Position numbers and translations under genes: made by a program
In this document: positions 19,179 to 28,927 of the stretch, piece after piece
How positions within the stretch are numbered: the first letter of the stretch is position 1
How the letters are laid out: each line of letters begins with the position of its first letter
NCBI GenBank assembly: GCA_027491395.1
Contig: JAOZFI010000006.1
Span: 32,001 to 96,000, forward strand
Direction: 5' to 3'
Length of the DNA stretch: 64,000 nucleotides
Source of the DNA: Thermoproteota archaeon
GTDB lineage: Archaea; Korarchaeota; Korarchaeia; Korarchaeales; Korarchaeaceae
The notes under the pieces: model-generated
Databases searched by the model: none
What the model saw: only the letters and a program-made list of their open reading frames with translations
What the model was told of the DNA's origin: nothing

Positions 19179-19984
19179 TGTTCGAATCCGAGATGCTCAC
19201 CCACAACCTGCTCAAGGAGTACGTTAAGGATCTGGTATCGAAGGGCCAGAGGATCGATGGTAGGGGGTTCCAAGACTACAGACCAATAGAGGTGAAGGAG
19301 GGGACATTCACCAAGGCGGAGGGCGAGGCTTGGATAAAGCTGGGGAACACACAAGTACTAGTCGGCGTGAAAGCTGATGTGGGAGAACCCTTCCCCGACA
19401 CGCCAGACAAGGGGGTACTAGTGTCCAACACAGAGCTGCTTCCACTGGCCTCCCCAACATTCGAGCCGGGTCCTCCTAATGAGAACGCCATAGAGGTTGC
19501 GAGAGTAGTGGACAGAGCTATAAGGAGCGCTGATGCGGTCGACATGTCCTCTCTCGTGATAGTGGAAGGTAAACTCGTCTACATGCTTTTCCTCGACATG
19601 TACGTGTTGGACTACGACGGGAATCTAGAGGACGCCCTGACCATCGCTAGCCTCATAGCCCTCGGAAGGGCCGAGATCCCCAAGGTGGAGGTAAAGGAGG
19701 ACGGTGAGATAGAAGTCAAGGAAGAGAAGTGGAGGGTGAACCTGAAGGACCTCCCCATAAACTTCACATTCGTCAAGATAGGGGACCAGCTGCTTTTGGA
19801 TCCCGTGCTTGAGGAGGAGCAAGTCTCCGATGCGGCCATAACTCTGGCTATAGACAAGGAGGGTAGGATTTGCTCAATCCAGAAAAGACACGGTAAGTTC
19901 ACCATGGAAGAGATTTTAAGTGCCGCCAGCATAGCCCGTAGCAAGTGGCCTGAGATAGCGGAGAGAGTTAGGGAGGCAATCTGA
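19175..19984 (+). CDS. rrp42: exosome subunit Rrp42
   Basis: RIDGR, PFPDTP, FEPGPP, DYDGN. Confidence 0.96.
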   Translation: MMFESEMLTHNLLKEYVKDLVSKGQRIDGRGFQDYRPIEVKEGTFTKAEGEAWIKLGNTQVLVGVKADVGEPFPDTPDKGVLVSNTELLPLASPTFEPGPPNENAIEVARVVDRAIRSADAVDMSSLVIVEGKLVYMLFLDMYVLDYDGNLEDALTIASLIALGRAEIPKVEVKEDGEIEVKEEKWRVNLKDLPINFTFVKIGDQLLLDPVLEEEQVSDAAITLAIDKEGRICSIQKRHGKFTMEEILSAASIARSKWPEIAERVREAI

Positions 19985-19985
19985 T

Positions 19986-20234
19986 ATGACCGGCGCGCCT
20001 AGAGCCAAGCTGAGAACCCCCAGGTACGGTCTGAAGATCAGGAGAAGGGTCGAGCACATCCTCCAGAAGTCCAAGAGAACTTACAAGTGCCCCTACTGCG
20101 GCGCCAATGCCGTCAGGAGGATCAGACTGGGTGTCTGGGCCTGCAAGAAGTGCGGTAAGGTGTTCACCGGAGGTGCGTGGGAACCCTTCACTGCAGTGGC
20201 TAGGAGCGCAGAGTTAGCAAGGGAGAGGGCTTGA
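19986..20234 (+). CDS. rpl37ae: 50S ribosomal protein L37Ae (eL43)
   Basis: RYG..IRR, CPYC...W.CKKC, GGAW. Confidence 0.95.
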   Translation: MTGAPRAKLRTPRYGLKIRRRVEHILQKSKRTYKCPYCGANAVRRIRLGVWACKKCGKVFTGGAWEPFTAVARSAELARERA

Positions 20235-20815
20235 TACTTATAACGACCACGAGAAGGCCCTCTCGACGCACCCGTTCTTTTGTTCGGGACCTATACCATG
20301 TCCTTCCCAACGCGATCAGAAGAAATAGGGGGAAGATGTCCTTAGAGGATCTAAACGAGCTGGCTCTCCAGTCGGGAGCCGAGAGGGTGCTCGTCGTAGG
20401 TACTTCGAGGGGTAACCCCTCCTTCTTAGCCTTTTACGAGCCTTATCCATCAGCGATAAGACCCATCTCGATAATACACCTGAGAGGGGTTTCCTTAAGG
20501 AGAGAGATAACTGGGAGGAGAGCCCCTCACTCGAAGGACCTCTGCATCACGTACTCTCGCCCGGATCTAGCCCACTTAGCTCAAGTACTCTCCCTTTCCT
20601 TCAACGTGGGAGAGCCCATCCTAGCGCTGCTCGAACAGCTGACTCAAGTGGAAGGATGCGACCTCACACTTCACCTATCACAGGGATCGGACGACATAAC
20701 CAACTCGTCCTTCTACAGGACCAGACCACCTTGGGAGGTGGGCCCTAGGATGAGGATAGGGGGGTTCAAGGAGTTTGAAGGTGAAAGTGGATCTGAGAGT
20801 GAGAGTAACGTTTGA
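20231..20815 (+). CDS. Brix/Imp4-domain ribosome biogenesis protein
   Basis: ITTTRRPSRRTRSF, RGKMSL, GNPS, GPRM. Confidence 0.9.
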   Translation: MILITTTRRPSRRTRSFVRDLYHVLPNAIRRNRGKMSLEDLNELALQSGAERVLVVGTSRGNPSFLAFYEPYPSAIRPISIIHLRGVSLRREITGRRAPHSKDLCITYSRPDLAHLAQVLSLSFNVGEPILALLEQLTQVEGCDLTLHLSQGSDDITNSSFYRTRPPWEVGPRMRIGGFKEFEGESGSESESNV

Positions 20816-21005
20816 GAGTAGCAATGAAGCTTCTCGCTTCTACAAAGCCCTACTCCCAGACTTCTCCGATGTGAAGGTAAGTCTAGAGGAGGATTCGGTG
20901 GTAATTGACCTCGTCAGCCTTCCCCCATCCAGAGCCAGAGCTCTAGCTAATAGTCTCTTGAGAACGGTTCAACTCTATCAGAGGATGTTTGAGGCCCTTA
21001 AGTAA
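20775..21005 (+). CDS. pcc1: KEOPS complex subunit Pcc1
   Basis: ALLPD, RALANSLLR; follows Brix in the superoperon. Confidence 0.75.
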   Translation: MKVKVDLRVRVTFESSNEASRFYKALLPDFSDVKVSLEEDSVVIDLVSLPPSRARALANSLLRTVQLYQRMFEALK

Positions 21006-21696
21006 TCTTGGGGTAGGCTTCAAATGGCTTCTCCATCAGGAGAACCGAGAGCCCATTATACACTAGGTAAAAGAGGGACTCGCCCAAACCTCTCTTCCTA
21101 ACTCGCCTCGCTGAGGTATAAACAACCATCTCCGGGACGAATTTTATCTTACCCATCCTAGATGCGGCCATGGAGAGTAGAGCATCCTCGGAGACCCTCA
21201 CATCCTCCCTGAATCCTCCCAGCCTCAGTAACACGTCTCTCCTGAAGGCCGAATTGAATCCCATGAGGTGGGGCCGCCCCATTAAGATGGTGAACCTAAC
21301 CATCAGGTCATAGGAGAGAATGTACGCGGCCTTGAGTAGATCATCTCCATCCTCTAGGGGGTAAGCAGGCCCACCTAAACCGATCACTCCCTCCTCCTCG
21401 GATCCCTTAATGAGCGCGGCCCTCCACCCTTTGGCCACGACCGTGTCGGCGTCGACGAAAGCTATCATGTCTCCAGAGGATAATCTAATTCCCGCATTCC
21501 TGGCCTTGGCAGGTGAATCGTATTCAGGCGAACTTCTCACGATATCTGCATATCTCTCGGCTATTTCAACTGTGCCATCCTCACTCCCGCCGTCGATCAC
21601 CACTATCTCATCGACATCCTCATTCCCCAGGGCCATCAAAGCTCTCTCAATGTAACTAGCTTCTCTGTAGGTCGGGATCACCACAGAGAGCTTCAT
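20998..21696 (-). CDS. family 2 glycosyltransferase
   Basis: SVVIPT, DGGS.DGT, ARNAG, FVDAD, ED, TSARR. Confidence 0.9.
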   Translation of the reverse strand: MKLSVVIPTYREASYIERALMALGNEDVDEIVVIDGGSEDGTVEIAERYADIVRSSPEYDSPAKARNAGIRLSSGDMIAFVDADTVVAKGWRAALIKGSEEEGVIGLGGPAYPLEDGDDLLKAAYILSYDLMVRFTILMGRPHLMGFNSAFRRDVLLRLGGFREDVRVSEDALLSMAASRMGKIKFVPEMVVYTSARRVRKRGLGESLFYLVYNGLSVLLMEKPFEAYPKIT

Positions 21697-22490
21697 AGAA
21701 CGACACCCATGGCGGCGGAAATGAGGGCGACCACGCCAGTGGATATCAGGTTCACTGCATGGTTATTCAACCATTTCAATCCTCTGACAGGCCTCGCACC
21801 CCCATTACACAGAGAAGGGTCCTCGACTATCCTATCCTCTTCAACACACCTGTATCTGACCTGCAATAGGGCCCCAAGCAGACTATCTATCAGACTACAG
21901 GAGAAACCCAAAGCTACGACCAAGAGCAGCTGGTTCAGCCCTATCATGGAGAAGGAAAACGCCTCAATGGCTATCAGAAGAGCGCCTATCAGGCTTGCGA
22001 GTGTCCCCAACGGAGAGATGGCGCCTGACGTGCCCGGTGGTACCCTTCTCAAGGTGTGGATCATAATCGGCGGATCCGCGCTGAGCACCCCTATCTCGCT
22101 CCCCAGAGTGTCTGAGAGTGCTCCAGCTAATGAGGACACGAAGGCCAGCATGGCCGTCTCCCAAGAGGTCAATGAGTAGAGTAGGAGCATGGATGTGGGG
22201 AAGAACAGATTGGCTGCAACGTTCTTCCACGTCCTAGCGCCGCCCTTAAGCTCCGCAGCGCCCAACTCCTCCTTCAGACCGTACTTGTACTTGGTGAACG
22301 CCGATCCTACTAGGAAGAACGTGATTAACATGAATGTCGCGGACAATCCGCCACCTAACACAAACACGATACCCACAAGCAGACCAGCTACGAATCCTGA
22401 CCTGTCTATGGATCTATTGAAGTATCCAGCAGATCCTACGGTCAGGATAACTGCAAGGCCGGCTAATGTGCTCACTAGATCGGCTTTCAT
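21693..22490 (-). CDS. DUF92/TMEM19 family membrane protein
   Basis: GAR.W.NV.AN, DTLGSEIG, VPPGTSGAIS.LG, DSLLGA..Q, N..VN. Confidence 0.9.
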   Translation of the reverse strand: MKADLVSTLAGLAVILTVGSAGYFNRSIDRSGFVAGLLVGIVFVLGGGLSATFMLITFFLVGSAFTKYKYGLKEELGAAELKGGARTWKNVAANLFFPTSMLLLYSLTSWETAMLAFVSSLAGALSDTLGSEIGVLSADPPIMIHTLRRVPPGTSGAISPLGTLASLIGALLIAIEAFSFSMIGLNQLLLVVALGFSCSLIDSLLGALLQVRYRCVEEDRIVEDPSLCNGGARPVRGLKWLNNHAVNLISTGVVALISAAMGVVL

Positions 22491-22552
22491 CTCCCCAATC
22501 CAGCCAAGGGATCGGGTAATCGTTTAAAAATGAAAGCAGTTACACAGCGATG

Positions 22553-22629
22553 GGGGCCGTGGTCTAGCTAGGTAGGATGCCAGCCTGGGGCGCTGGTGGT
22601 CCCGGGTTCAAATCCCGGCGGCCCCACCA
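22553..22629 (+). tRNA. tRNA-Pro(GGG), encoded CCA
   Basis: GGGGCCG/CGGCCCC stem, CCAGC-CTGGGGC-GCTGG, GTTCAAATC; TATA-like TTTAAAAA upstream. Confidence 0.96.
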
Positions 22630-22631
22630 GC

Positions 22632-24185
22632 TTAAGAACTTCCCTTTCTTATCGGCACGCCCTCAACCAATCTATCTGAGAGGACCCTGATGATCTTGAC
22701 CTCGAGCACTTTTCCGATCTTGGGTCTTCTCCTCACTCTTAACTTGACGACTGGGCCGCCAGCTAGGGGATAGGCGTAACTCCCCTTTCCTACAGAGGGA
22801 GCAACGATTACCTTGATTACGGCTCCTAAAAGCTCCCTCTTTCTCATTCTGTTGAGCTCGATAGCCTTTTCCGCGATCATCTTGGATCCACGATCCGGGA
22901 TCACGTCGTAACCTTTGAAGGCCGTCCCTGGAAGTGGTCTGAACCTGTAGACCGTTATCTTCTCTGCACCGTACCTGTAGGCCAGCTCCATCGACCTCAG
23001 AGTCATCTTGACCACCCTATCATTCTGCCCAGGCAGGCTGTGTATGAAGTAGGCGTAGGGTCTGAGTCCTGCCTCTCTCAGTTTCTTTATTGCCTTCATG
23101 GATTCATCAGGTCCACAGGGCCTGCCCAGTAGGTCAGCATGTTCCGGATCGCCCGTCTCCACACCTATATGTATCGCTGTCCCTTTGAGGTATCTCCCCA
23201 ACACCTCGGCAACTTCATCGTTAATTAGGCAGGGCTTCACATTCTCAACCTCGAAGAAAAAGCGGTATTCCCAGGAAAGCTCCTTGATGGCCTTCAGTAA
23301 CTCCTCTATAGCGTTCACATTGGGTCCTGGCTCGTAGGGATGCGTGAGAGGTCCATTGACCAGCCGCTCCCTACCGTACTCTAGGAAGTCGGCGCCGCTG
23401 AGCACTATCCTCCTGACCCCCATCTCAGCCAGACCCCTAACCTCCTCTACAACGGAGTCCTTGTCCCTGGACTTCGGCGTCCCGTAAAGAGCTGGAATAG
23501 AACAGTAGCCACAGCCAGGAGGGATGCCTTGGGGGCATAGTAACCTCTTGCTTAGATCGAACTCATAACAAGCTCTACAGAGATCGCACATTTCCTCGGA
23601 AACCCCTATCTTCGGTCTATTGAAGTTAGAGCAGCTCCTCACGACCTCGACGTAGACCCTGCTGCTTCTGTAGTGGGGTATGGTCCTATAAAACTTGACA
23701 GCAGATACGGAAGGCCGGAACCTCTTGAGGTCCTCTGCTGATAAGTTAGAGACACGGGTCAACACCCCGTCCCCAGTTATCAGGTTGGGAACGCCCTCCA
23801 AATCTTGAGGAATCTTGCCTACAGAGAGGCCTCTCCTCAGGAGGGACTCGAGAGCGACCTCTCCCTCACCCCACACTCCCAAGTGGAAGCCCAATCTAGG
23901 TACGATGCTAGGATCTGAGGTTATAGGTCCACCTATGATCTTTATACCCTTGAATCTGCTGGCGACTCTCCGAACAACTGGCTCATCCATGGTCATGGCG
24001 CTAACTAGAAGGACACCGAACTTGCCTGCTCCTTTCCTCAAGTAGTCCTCCACTCTGTAAATCCGGTACTCCAAATCAAACATCTCCAGCACTCCTGCGA
24101 TCGCCCTAGGACCTGCTCCTATGACGTCTAGAGAGGACAGCCTCTTTCCCTCACCTGCGGCCAGCGCATCCAATATTAGGAACAT
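22632..24185 (-). CDS. radical SAM protein with B12-binding-like N-terminus and C-terminal TRAM-like domain
   Basis: IIGGP, GEGE, VEVVRSC...GCGYC, GVETG, YFI..LPG, FRPLPGT; start moved to ATG (MFLILDA). Confidence 0.85.
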   Translation of the reverse strand: MFLILDALAAGEGKRLSSLDVIGAGPRAIAGVLEMFDLEYRIYRVEDYLRKGAGKFGVLLVSAMTMDEPVVRRVASRFKGIKIIGGPITSDPSIVPRLGFHLGVWGEGEVALESLLRRGLSVGKIPQDLEGVPNLITGDGVLTRVSNLSAEDLKRFRPSVSAVKFYRTIPHYRSSRVYVEVVRSCSNFNRPKIGVSEEMCDLCRACYEFDLSKRLLCPQGIPPGCGYCSIPALYGTPKSRDKDSVVEEVRGLAEMGVRRIVLSGADFLEYGRERLVNGPLTHPYEPGPNVNAIEELLKAIKELSWEYRFFFEVENVKPCLINDEVAEVLGRYLKGTAIHIGVETGDPEHADLLGRPCGPDESMKAIKKLREAGLRPYAYFIHSLPGQNDRVVKMTLRSMELAYRYGAEKITVYRFRPLPGTAFKGYDVIPDRGSKMIAEKAIELNRMRKRELLGAVIKVIVAPSVGKGSYAYPLAGGPVVKLRVRRRPKIGKVLEVKIIRVLSDRLVEGVPIRKGSS

Positions 24186-24201
24186 CCGGTGGTAAGACGA
24201 G

Positions 24202-24741
24202 ATGCTAGGTAAATCTTTTCTCTCAGAGTGCGGAACCCTTCTATCGGACCTAGCATTAAGGGAGGAAGCGAGAGAGATAGTAGCGGAGGCGAAAGGGAAA
24301 CTCGTTACTTCAATCGAGGATATACCCGATGCTCCTCTAGTGTCGGTGGGGGATAGGGTCACCTACTCGCTACTAGAGAACGGTAGAAAGCCAGAAGTGG
24401 CAATAATTGATCTCAAGGAGAGGAGATCTAGGGAAGCGCCCGCAGTGTACCGGCTGAGCGGGTACCTCATCCTATCCTCAAGTAATCCTCCAGGCAGGAT
24501 AACTAGGGATTCTTGGAACGCTGTTAGGCTCGCTATAAATATGGCGTCTCGCGGGTTTAGAATTGTCTTGATCGTGGATGGTGAGGAGGACCTGCTGGGC
24601 TTTCCCGTCACCCTGCTGGCGCCTCCCGGCTGGTACATGCTTTACGGTCAGCCGGGTATGGGGATGATTTTGGTGGAGATCAACGATGAGGTGAAGAAAG
24701 AGGCAAAGAGCCTACTCATTAAAGCATTTAAACCTCTCTAG
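24202..24741 (+). CDS. GTP-dependent dephospho-CoA kinase (DUF359)
   Basis: VGDRVT, IID, NPPG.I, VDGEEDL, YGQPG.G; start uncertain. Confidence 0.88.
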   Translation: MLGKSFLSECGTLLSDLALREEAREIVAEAKGKLVTSIEDIPDAPLVSVGDRVTYSLLENGRKPEVAIIDLKERRSREAPAVYRLSGYLILSSSNPPGRITRDSWNAVRLAINMASRGFRIVLIVDGEEDLLGFPVTLLAPPGWYMLYGQPGMGMILVEINDEVKKEAKSLLIKAFKPL

Positions 24742-26482
24742 GAAGCTTATGCCTCCTAATAAGTATGAATGGATGGTTCTCGTCGAAATCTCTGTATTCC
24801 CGACCAGATAGAACCGCCTTACCTGTAGCCAGCAGCTCGTCCCTCGTGTTCACGACCAGCACCTCACTCTTGGGCCTTATCTGAGGATCAGCCCAGTCCA
24901 CGAACTTCACGAAGACCGTAGTCCCTCTAGCAACAATCTCCTCGAACCTCTTCTTTACGCACACCCTAGATCTAGGTGAGGGGAGGAGCTTGAGCATCAG
25001 CTCCGCTCCCTGCAGCGTGGGAACGAACATCCCATCACTGGGCCTGATAAATCCGATGGTAACGCCATCCTTCATCACTTCCCTAGGCATACCCGTCCTC
25101 TTGGACCTCCTTATTCGAGCTCCTTTACCGAGCTCCTTCAGGGAAGGGTGAAACTGGTAAGATAGCAAGGAGGAGACTAGCTCCTCGTCAGAGGGCTCAT
25201 CTATCACTTCCTCCTCATAGGGGAAGACGGTCTGACCGAATGGATAAGCGTACTTCAACCCCAAGGGAACCCTCCCATAGAGCCTCCTCATGATGTGCCT
25301 TCCGAACACAACGTTCCTGACCCTATCCCGGGCCCTGATTACTTCGGGCCTGAAAAATGTCTCTGGACCCGAGTACAACAGACCTGACGACTTGGAGAAG
25401 GGCTCCCTGATCTCCAGTAGGCCCTTCCAATTCTTTAGAACGTATTCAAGTGCCATGTGCAGCTTGGGATGGAACCTAGTCCTCTCCTGCACGAGCTCCC
25501 ACAGCCACTCACCTCTTATGGCCTCTCTCACCTTCCTGATTTCTGCAATCGACACATATAGGTTGTGTTTCGCTATCAATCGAACCCTCTCCTCTCTAGG
25601 AAGCTCTTTAATCTCCTTAGGAGTATATCTCATGCATACTGGACATGAACACGGGAACTCATCGATATCATCCAACTGGAGGGTTCCGTGGGGCGTCATG
25701 TACCTCCCTTGCTCAGCATACAGCGCATACGCTGCCGAATCGAAGGAATCTGCACCTAGAGCTGCGAAGAGGGCGAAGGTGGAAGGATGACCTATCCCCC
25801 AGAAGTGAAAGGGTTTTCCAGACTTGAGGATAGACCTCACGAGCAGGAAGTGCTTGGCTTGGAGGGTGAAATCATATCTCTCAAGCGCAACCTTGAGGGA
25901 GCCCACTCCATTATAGTCGAAATCCAACTCCCTTATCCGTCTGGAGCTGTACTCCACCAAATCTATGTGAACCGATCCCTGAGGCGTTCCTACCCATAAG
26001 GTCCCCCTCAAATTATCCCTTAGCTCTGACCATTCCTCCGCGTTCTTTAGTGTCCTTATAACTCCTTTCTCCGCCTCTCTCCTGCTGATCTCAGATGACA
26101 TGGGAACATCCAGTATGGACCCGATGTCCGATCCTATCGCGTGTTGGAACTCAAGTATCTCCCTGTTGGATATCTCTACATCCCCGTACCTGTAGATCTG
26201 GTAGGCGCCGGAGTCGGTCATCACGATTCCATTAAATCCTAAGAGGGAGTGGATCCCCTGCTCTAAGGCCTTCTCTCTCAAATCCTCCGACTTGTATATT
26301 ATGTAAGAATTCGTTATCAGGGCTCTAATCCCCATTCCCCTCATTTCCTCAGGAGTTACTATAGGTTTGTTTGGGTTATACACAGGAAAGAACTCCGGCA
26401 GGGTGAGCGTCCCGCTCTTAGTTCTAAGGTCGGATAGCCTAGCGGAGGCATCGCTCTTCCTGACTCTGAAGATCAGATCCAT
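24728..26482 (-). CDS. tgtA: archaeosine tRNA-guanine(15) transglycosylase with PUA domain
   Basis: ITNSY, MTDSGAYQ, LDVP, DSFDSAAY, CSCPVC, HNL, C-terminal PUA. Confidence 0.95.
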   Translation of the reverse strand: MDLIFRVRKSDASARLSDLRTKSGTLTLPEFFPVYNPNKPIVTPEEMRGMGIRALITNSYIIYKSEDLREKALEQGIHSLLGFNGIVMTDSGAYQIYRYGDVEISNREILEFQHAIGSDIGSILDVPMSSEISRREAEKGVIRTLKNAEEWSELRDNLRGTLWVGTPQGSVHIDLVEYSSRRIRELDFDYNGVGSLKVALERYDFTLQAKHFLLVRSILKSGKPFHFWGIGHPSTFALFAALGADSFDSAAYALYAEQGRYMTPHGTLQLDDIDEFPCSCPVCMRYTPKEIKELPREERVRLIAKHNLYVSIAEIRKVREAIRGEWLWELVQERTRFHPKLHMALEYVLKNWKGLLEIREPFSKSSGLLYSGPETFFRPEVIRARDRVRNVVFGRHIMRRLYGRVPLGLKYAYPFGQTVFPYEEEVIDEPSDEELVSSLLSYQFHPSLKELGKGARIRRSKRTGMPREVMKDGVTIGFIRPSDGMFVPTLQGAELMLKLLPSPRSRVCVKKRFEEIVARGTTVFVKFVDWADPQIRPKSEVLVVNTRDELLATGKAVLSGREYRDFDENHPFILIRRHKLPREV

Positions 26483-26539
26483 GGGGAGAGCCCTAACCTC
26501 CTTACAACAATCAAAATAATAAAAAGGAAGGCTGATGGT

Positions 26540-26782
26540 TCAGGAAATACCGTTCCCCTCACTTCTCAATAGGTTAAGCCCCTTAGGAGTTATGAAGACT
26601 CGCTCCCCCCTAAACCTTCTCCTCCTCGTAATAAGGCCCTTGTTGGCGAGGTACTTCAGGACGAACTCCCTAGCTACCCTGTCAGGAATCAGTTCAGATG
26701 CAACGATACCGTCATTTCCCGCTTTCTCTAGTTTCCGTAGGATCCTTAAATGCGCATCCATTAGTACCCTCAATTTATTCAC
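26540..26782 (-). CDS. small winged-helix DNA-binding protein
   Basis: LKYLANKGLITR...VFITPKG wHTH pattern. Confidence 0.65.
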   Translation of the reverse strand: MNKLRVLMDAHLRILRKLEKAGNDGIVASELIPDRVAREFVLKYLANKGLITRRRRFRGERVFITPKGLNLLRSEGNGIS

Positions 26783-26987
26783 CTTTCGCCGTCATCCGGC
26801 ATCAGCCGGAGGGATGACGACGTGGGAGGGCCTGAGCACCCCCCAACTAACACTAAGGTAACATTTCTGTCTATAAAACTTTACCTATCTGCCTTGCCGT
26901 TCCACCACTGTTTACGTCGATTGGTTAAACGAGATCCCTACGTGAAAACGCTGAAATAGGGTCGGGGTTAGAAGGTCAGGTGCCACT

Positions 26988-28127
26988 ATGGAATGGGATG
27001 TCATAATAGTCGGCGGTGGACCCGCTGGCCTATCTGCGGCAAGGTTTTCCTCTGAACTGGGGCTCAAAACCCTGCTCTTCGAGGCCTATTCCGATATCAA
27101 GGCTTGGAAGCCCTGTGGTGAGGGAGTGAGCAAGGAGACCTTCGAAACAGCCGGGATAGAACCCAAACCAGGTATAGTTGCAAACGAGCTTAGTATGAGG
27201 GTGTACGCCCCATCGGGCAAGTATGTTGAGATCCCACTGCACGGTTTCGCCATAAACAAGGACCTGTTCTTACAAGAGATGGGTAAGGAGGCACTAAAGG
27301 CAGGTGCCGAATTTAGGATAGGGGAGAGAGTAGAAGGCGTCGTCAAGGAGGGCGGCAAGATCATAGGCGTCAAGACCTCTAAGGGTGAGGTGGTCAAAGG
27401 GAAGGTGGTCATAGGTGCGGACGGTTACAACTCGGTTGTCGCCAAGACGGCCGGTCTCGACAACACTACCGAGCTGATCCCCGTTTACCAGTACAAGATG
27501 GTCGGTGTGGAACTGGACTCACACACAACCGGCCACATATACGTAGGCTCTATGGCTCCCGGGGGATATGCTTGGATATTCCCGAAGGACGAGGATATAG
27601 CCAACGTTGGTATTGGAGTGCGACCAGGGGCACCCAAGCCCTATCTAGATAAATTCATAAAGGACAGGCCAGAACTCTTCAGAAAAGCCAAGATAATGGG
27701 GGTTGGAGGAGCGGCAGTCCCAATTGGAGGAATAGCTAAGGAGTACATCGCGGACAACCTCATACTCCTAGGAGACGCGGCGGGAATGGTCATCCCCTTC
27801 ACGGGTGCCGGTATCCACTCCTCCATAGCAGCGGGCAAGGTGGCTAGCAAAGTCATAAAGGAGGCCATAGAGAGGGGAGATACCTCGGGGAGATCCCTCA
27901 AAGCCTTCGAGAAGGAGTACGAACACTGGATAAAGAGGATAAACGATAGCCTGAAGGCCATGAGGGTCTTCGAGAAACTGAGCGATGATGACCTCAACCA
28001 ACTGGCGGATGTACTGGATTACGAGGACGTGATAAACTTGGCAAACGGGATGAATCTGGGCAAAGTGGCCATGAAGCTGATGAAGCATCCGATCCTAGCC
28101 ACCAAGGTGGCTAAGGCTCTCCTGTAG
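26988..28127 (+). CDS. geranylgeranyl reductase family flavoprotein
   Basis: GGGPAG, PCGEG, GADG, PGGYAWIFPK, GDAAG...P..GAGI. Confidence 0.92.
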   Translation: MEWDVIIVGGGPAGLSAARFSSELGLKTLLFEAYSDIKAWKPCGEGVSKETFETAGIEPKPGIVANELSMRVYAPSGKYVEIPLHGFAINKDLFLQEMGKEALKAGAEFRIGERVEGVVKEGGKIIGVKTSKGEVVKGKVVIGADGYNSVVAKTAGLDNTTELIPVYQYKMVGVELDSHTTGHIYVGSMAPGGYAWIFPKDEDIANVGIGVRPGAPKPYLDKFIKDRPELFRKAKIMGVGGAAVPIGGIAKEYIADNLILLGDAAGMVIPFTGAGIHSSIAAGKVASKVIKEAIERGDTSGRSLKAFEKEYEHWIKRINDSLKAMRVFEKLSDDDLNQLADVLDYEDVINLANGMNLGKVAMKLMKHPILATKVAKALL

Positions 28128-28138
28128 GGGGTGTCTCC

Positions 28139-28927
28139 TTGCCTATAAAGGAGGGCGACACTGCCCTCCTAGTTGTTTACAGTAAGAAGGGAAGAGCCAA
28201 GAAGTTCCTAGTTAGGATCAAGGAAGGTAAGAGGGTTCACACCCATAAAGGATATGTGGATCTCTCTCTACTGATCGGGAAGGATTGGGGATTGATTGTC
28301 CAAACTAATAAGGGCGTTCCAGTCGAGGTGCACAAGCCAACACTATCGGATATCATCGAGAAGCTGGGTAGAGCCACCCAGATAATATATCCCAAGGACT
28401 CGGGGTTCATCTTACTGAAATCAGGGATCAAACCAGGAGATAAGGTGGTCGAGATAGGAACGGGATCCGGAGCCCTGACCATAGTGCTAGCCACATTTCT
28501 GGGTCCCGAGGGGAAGGTGTACAGCTACGATGTGAGGGAGTCATCACTCAAGATGGCGGAGAGGAACTTGAAGGCCCTGCAACTGACCAACGTCATCCTG
28601 AAATTGAAGGATGCGAAGCAGGGGATAGATGAAGAGGACGTGGATGCAGTGTTCGTAGATGTACCCGATCCTTGGGAACTCCTCCCTATGATCCACGAGA
28701 GGCTGAAGCCCAACGGCATCTTCATTGCCTTCGTTCCCTCCTGTGAACAGATAAGCAAAACCGTAGTGAGGGCTAGGGAAGCGGGGTTCAGTATGGTAGA
28801 AGTTCACGAGATATTGGACAGGGAGTATGAAAGCGATGAAAGGAGGACTAGGCCCTATCCCAGAATGATAGCGCACACGGGCTTCATAATAATCGGTAGG
28901 AAGATTAGCCTGCCCTCCTCAGCCTGA
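28139..28927 (+). CDS. trmI: tRNA (adenine-N1)-methyltransferase TrmI
   Basis: TQIIYPKD, EIGTGSGALT, DVPDPW, RP...MIAHTGF. Confidence 0.95.
   Translation: MPIKEGDTALLVVYSKKGRAKKFLVRIKEGKRVHTHKGYVDLSLLIGKDWGLIVQTNKGVPVEVHKPTLSDIIEKLGRATQIIYPKDSGFILLKSGIKPGDKVVEIGTGSGALTIVLATFLGPEGKVYSYDVRESSLKMAERNLKALQLTNVILKLKDAKQGIDEEDVDAVFVDVPDPWELLPMIHERLKPNGIFIAFVPSCEQISKTVVRAREAGFSMVEVHEILDREYESDERRTRPYPRMIAHTGFIIIGRKISLPSSA

Noticed and set aside
24186-24362. N-terminal extension of the radical SAM ORF
   Set aside because: Overlaps the divergent DUF359 gene; ATG 24185 gives a plausible N-terminus
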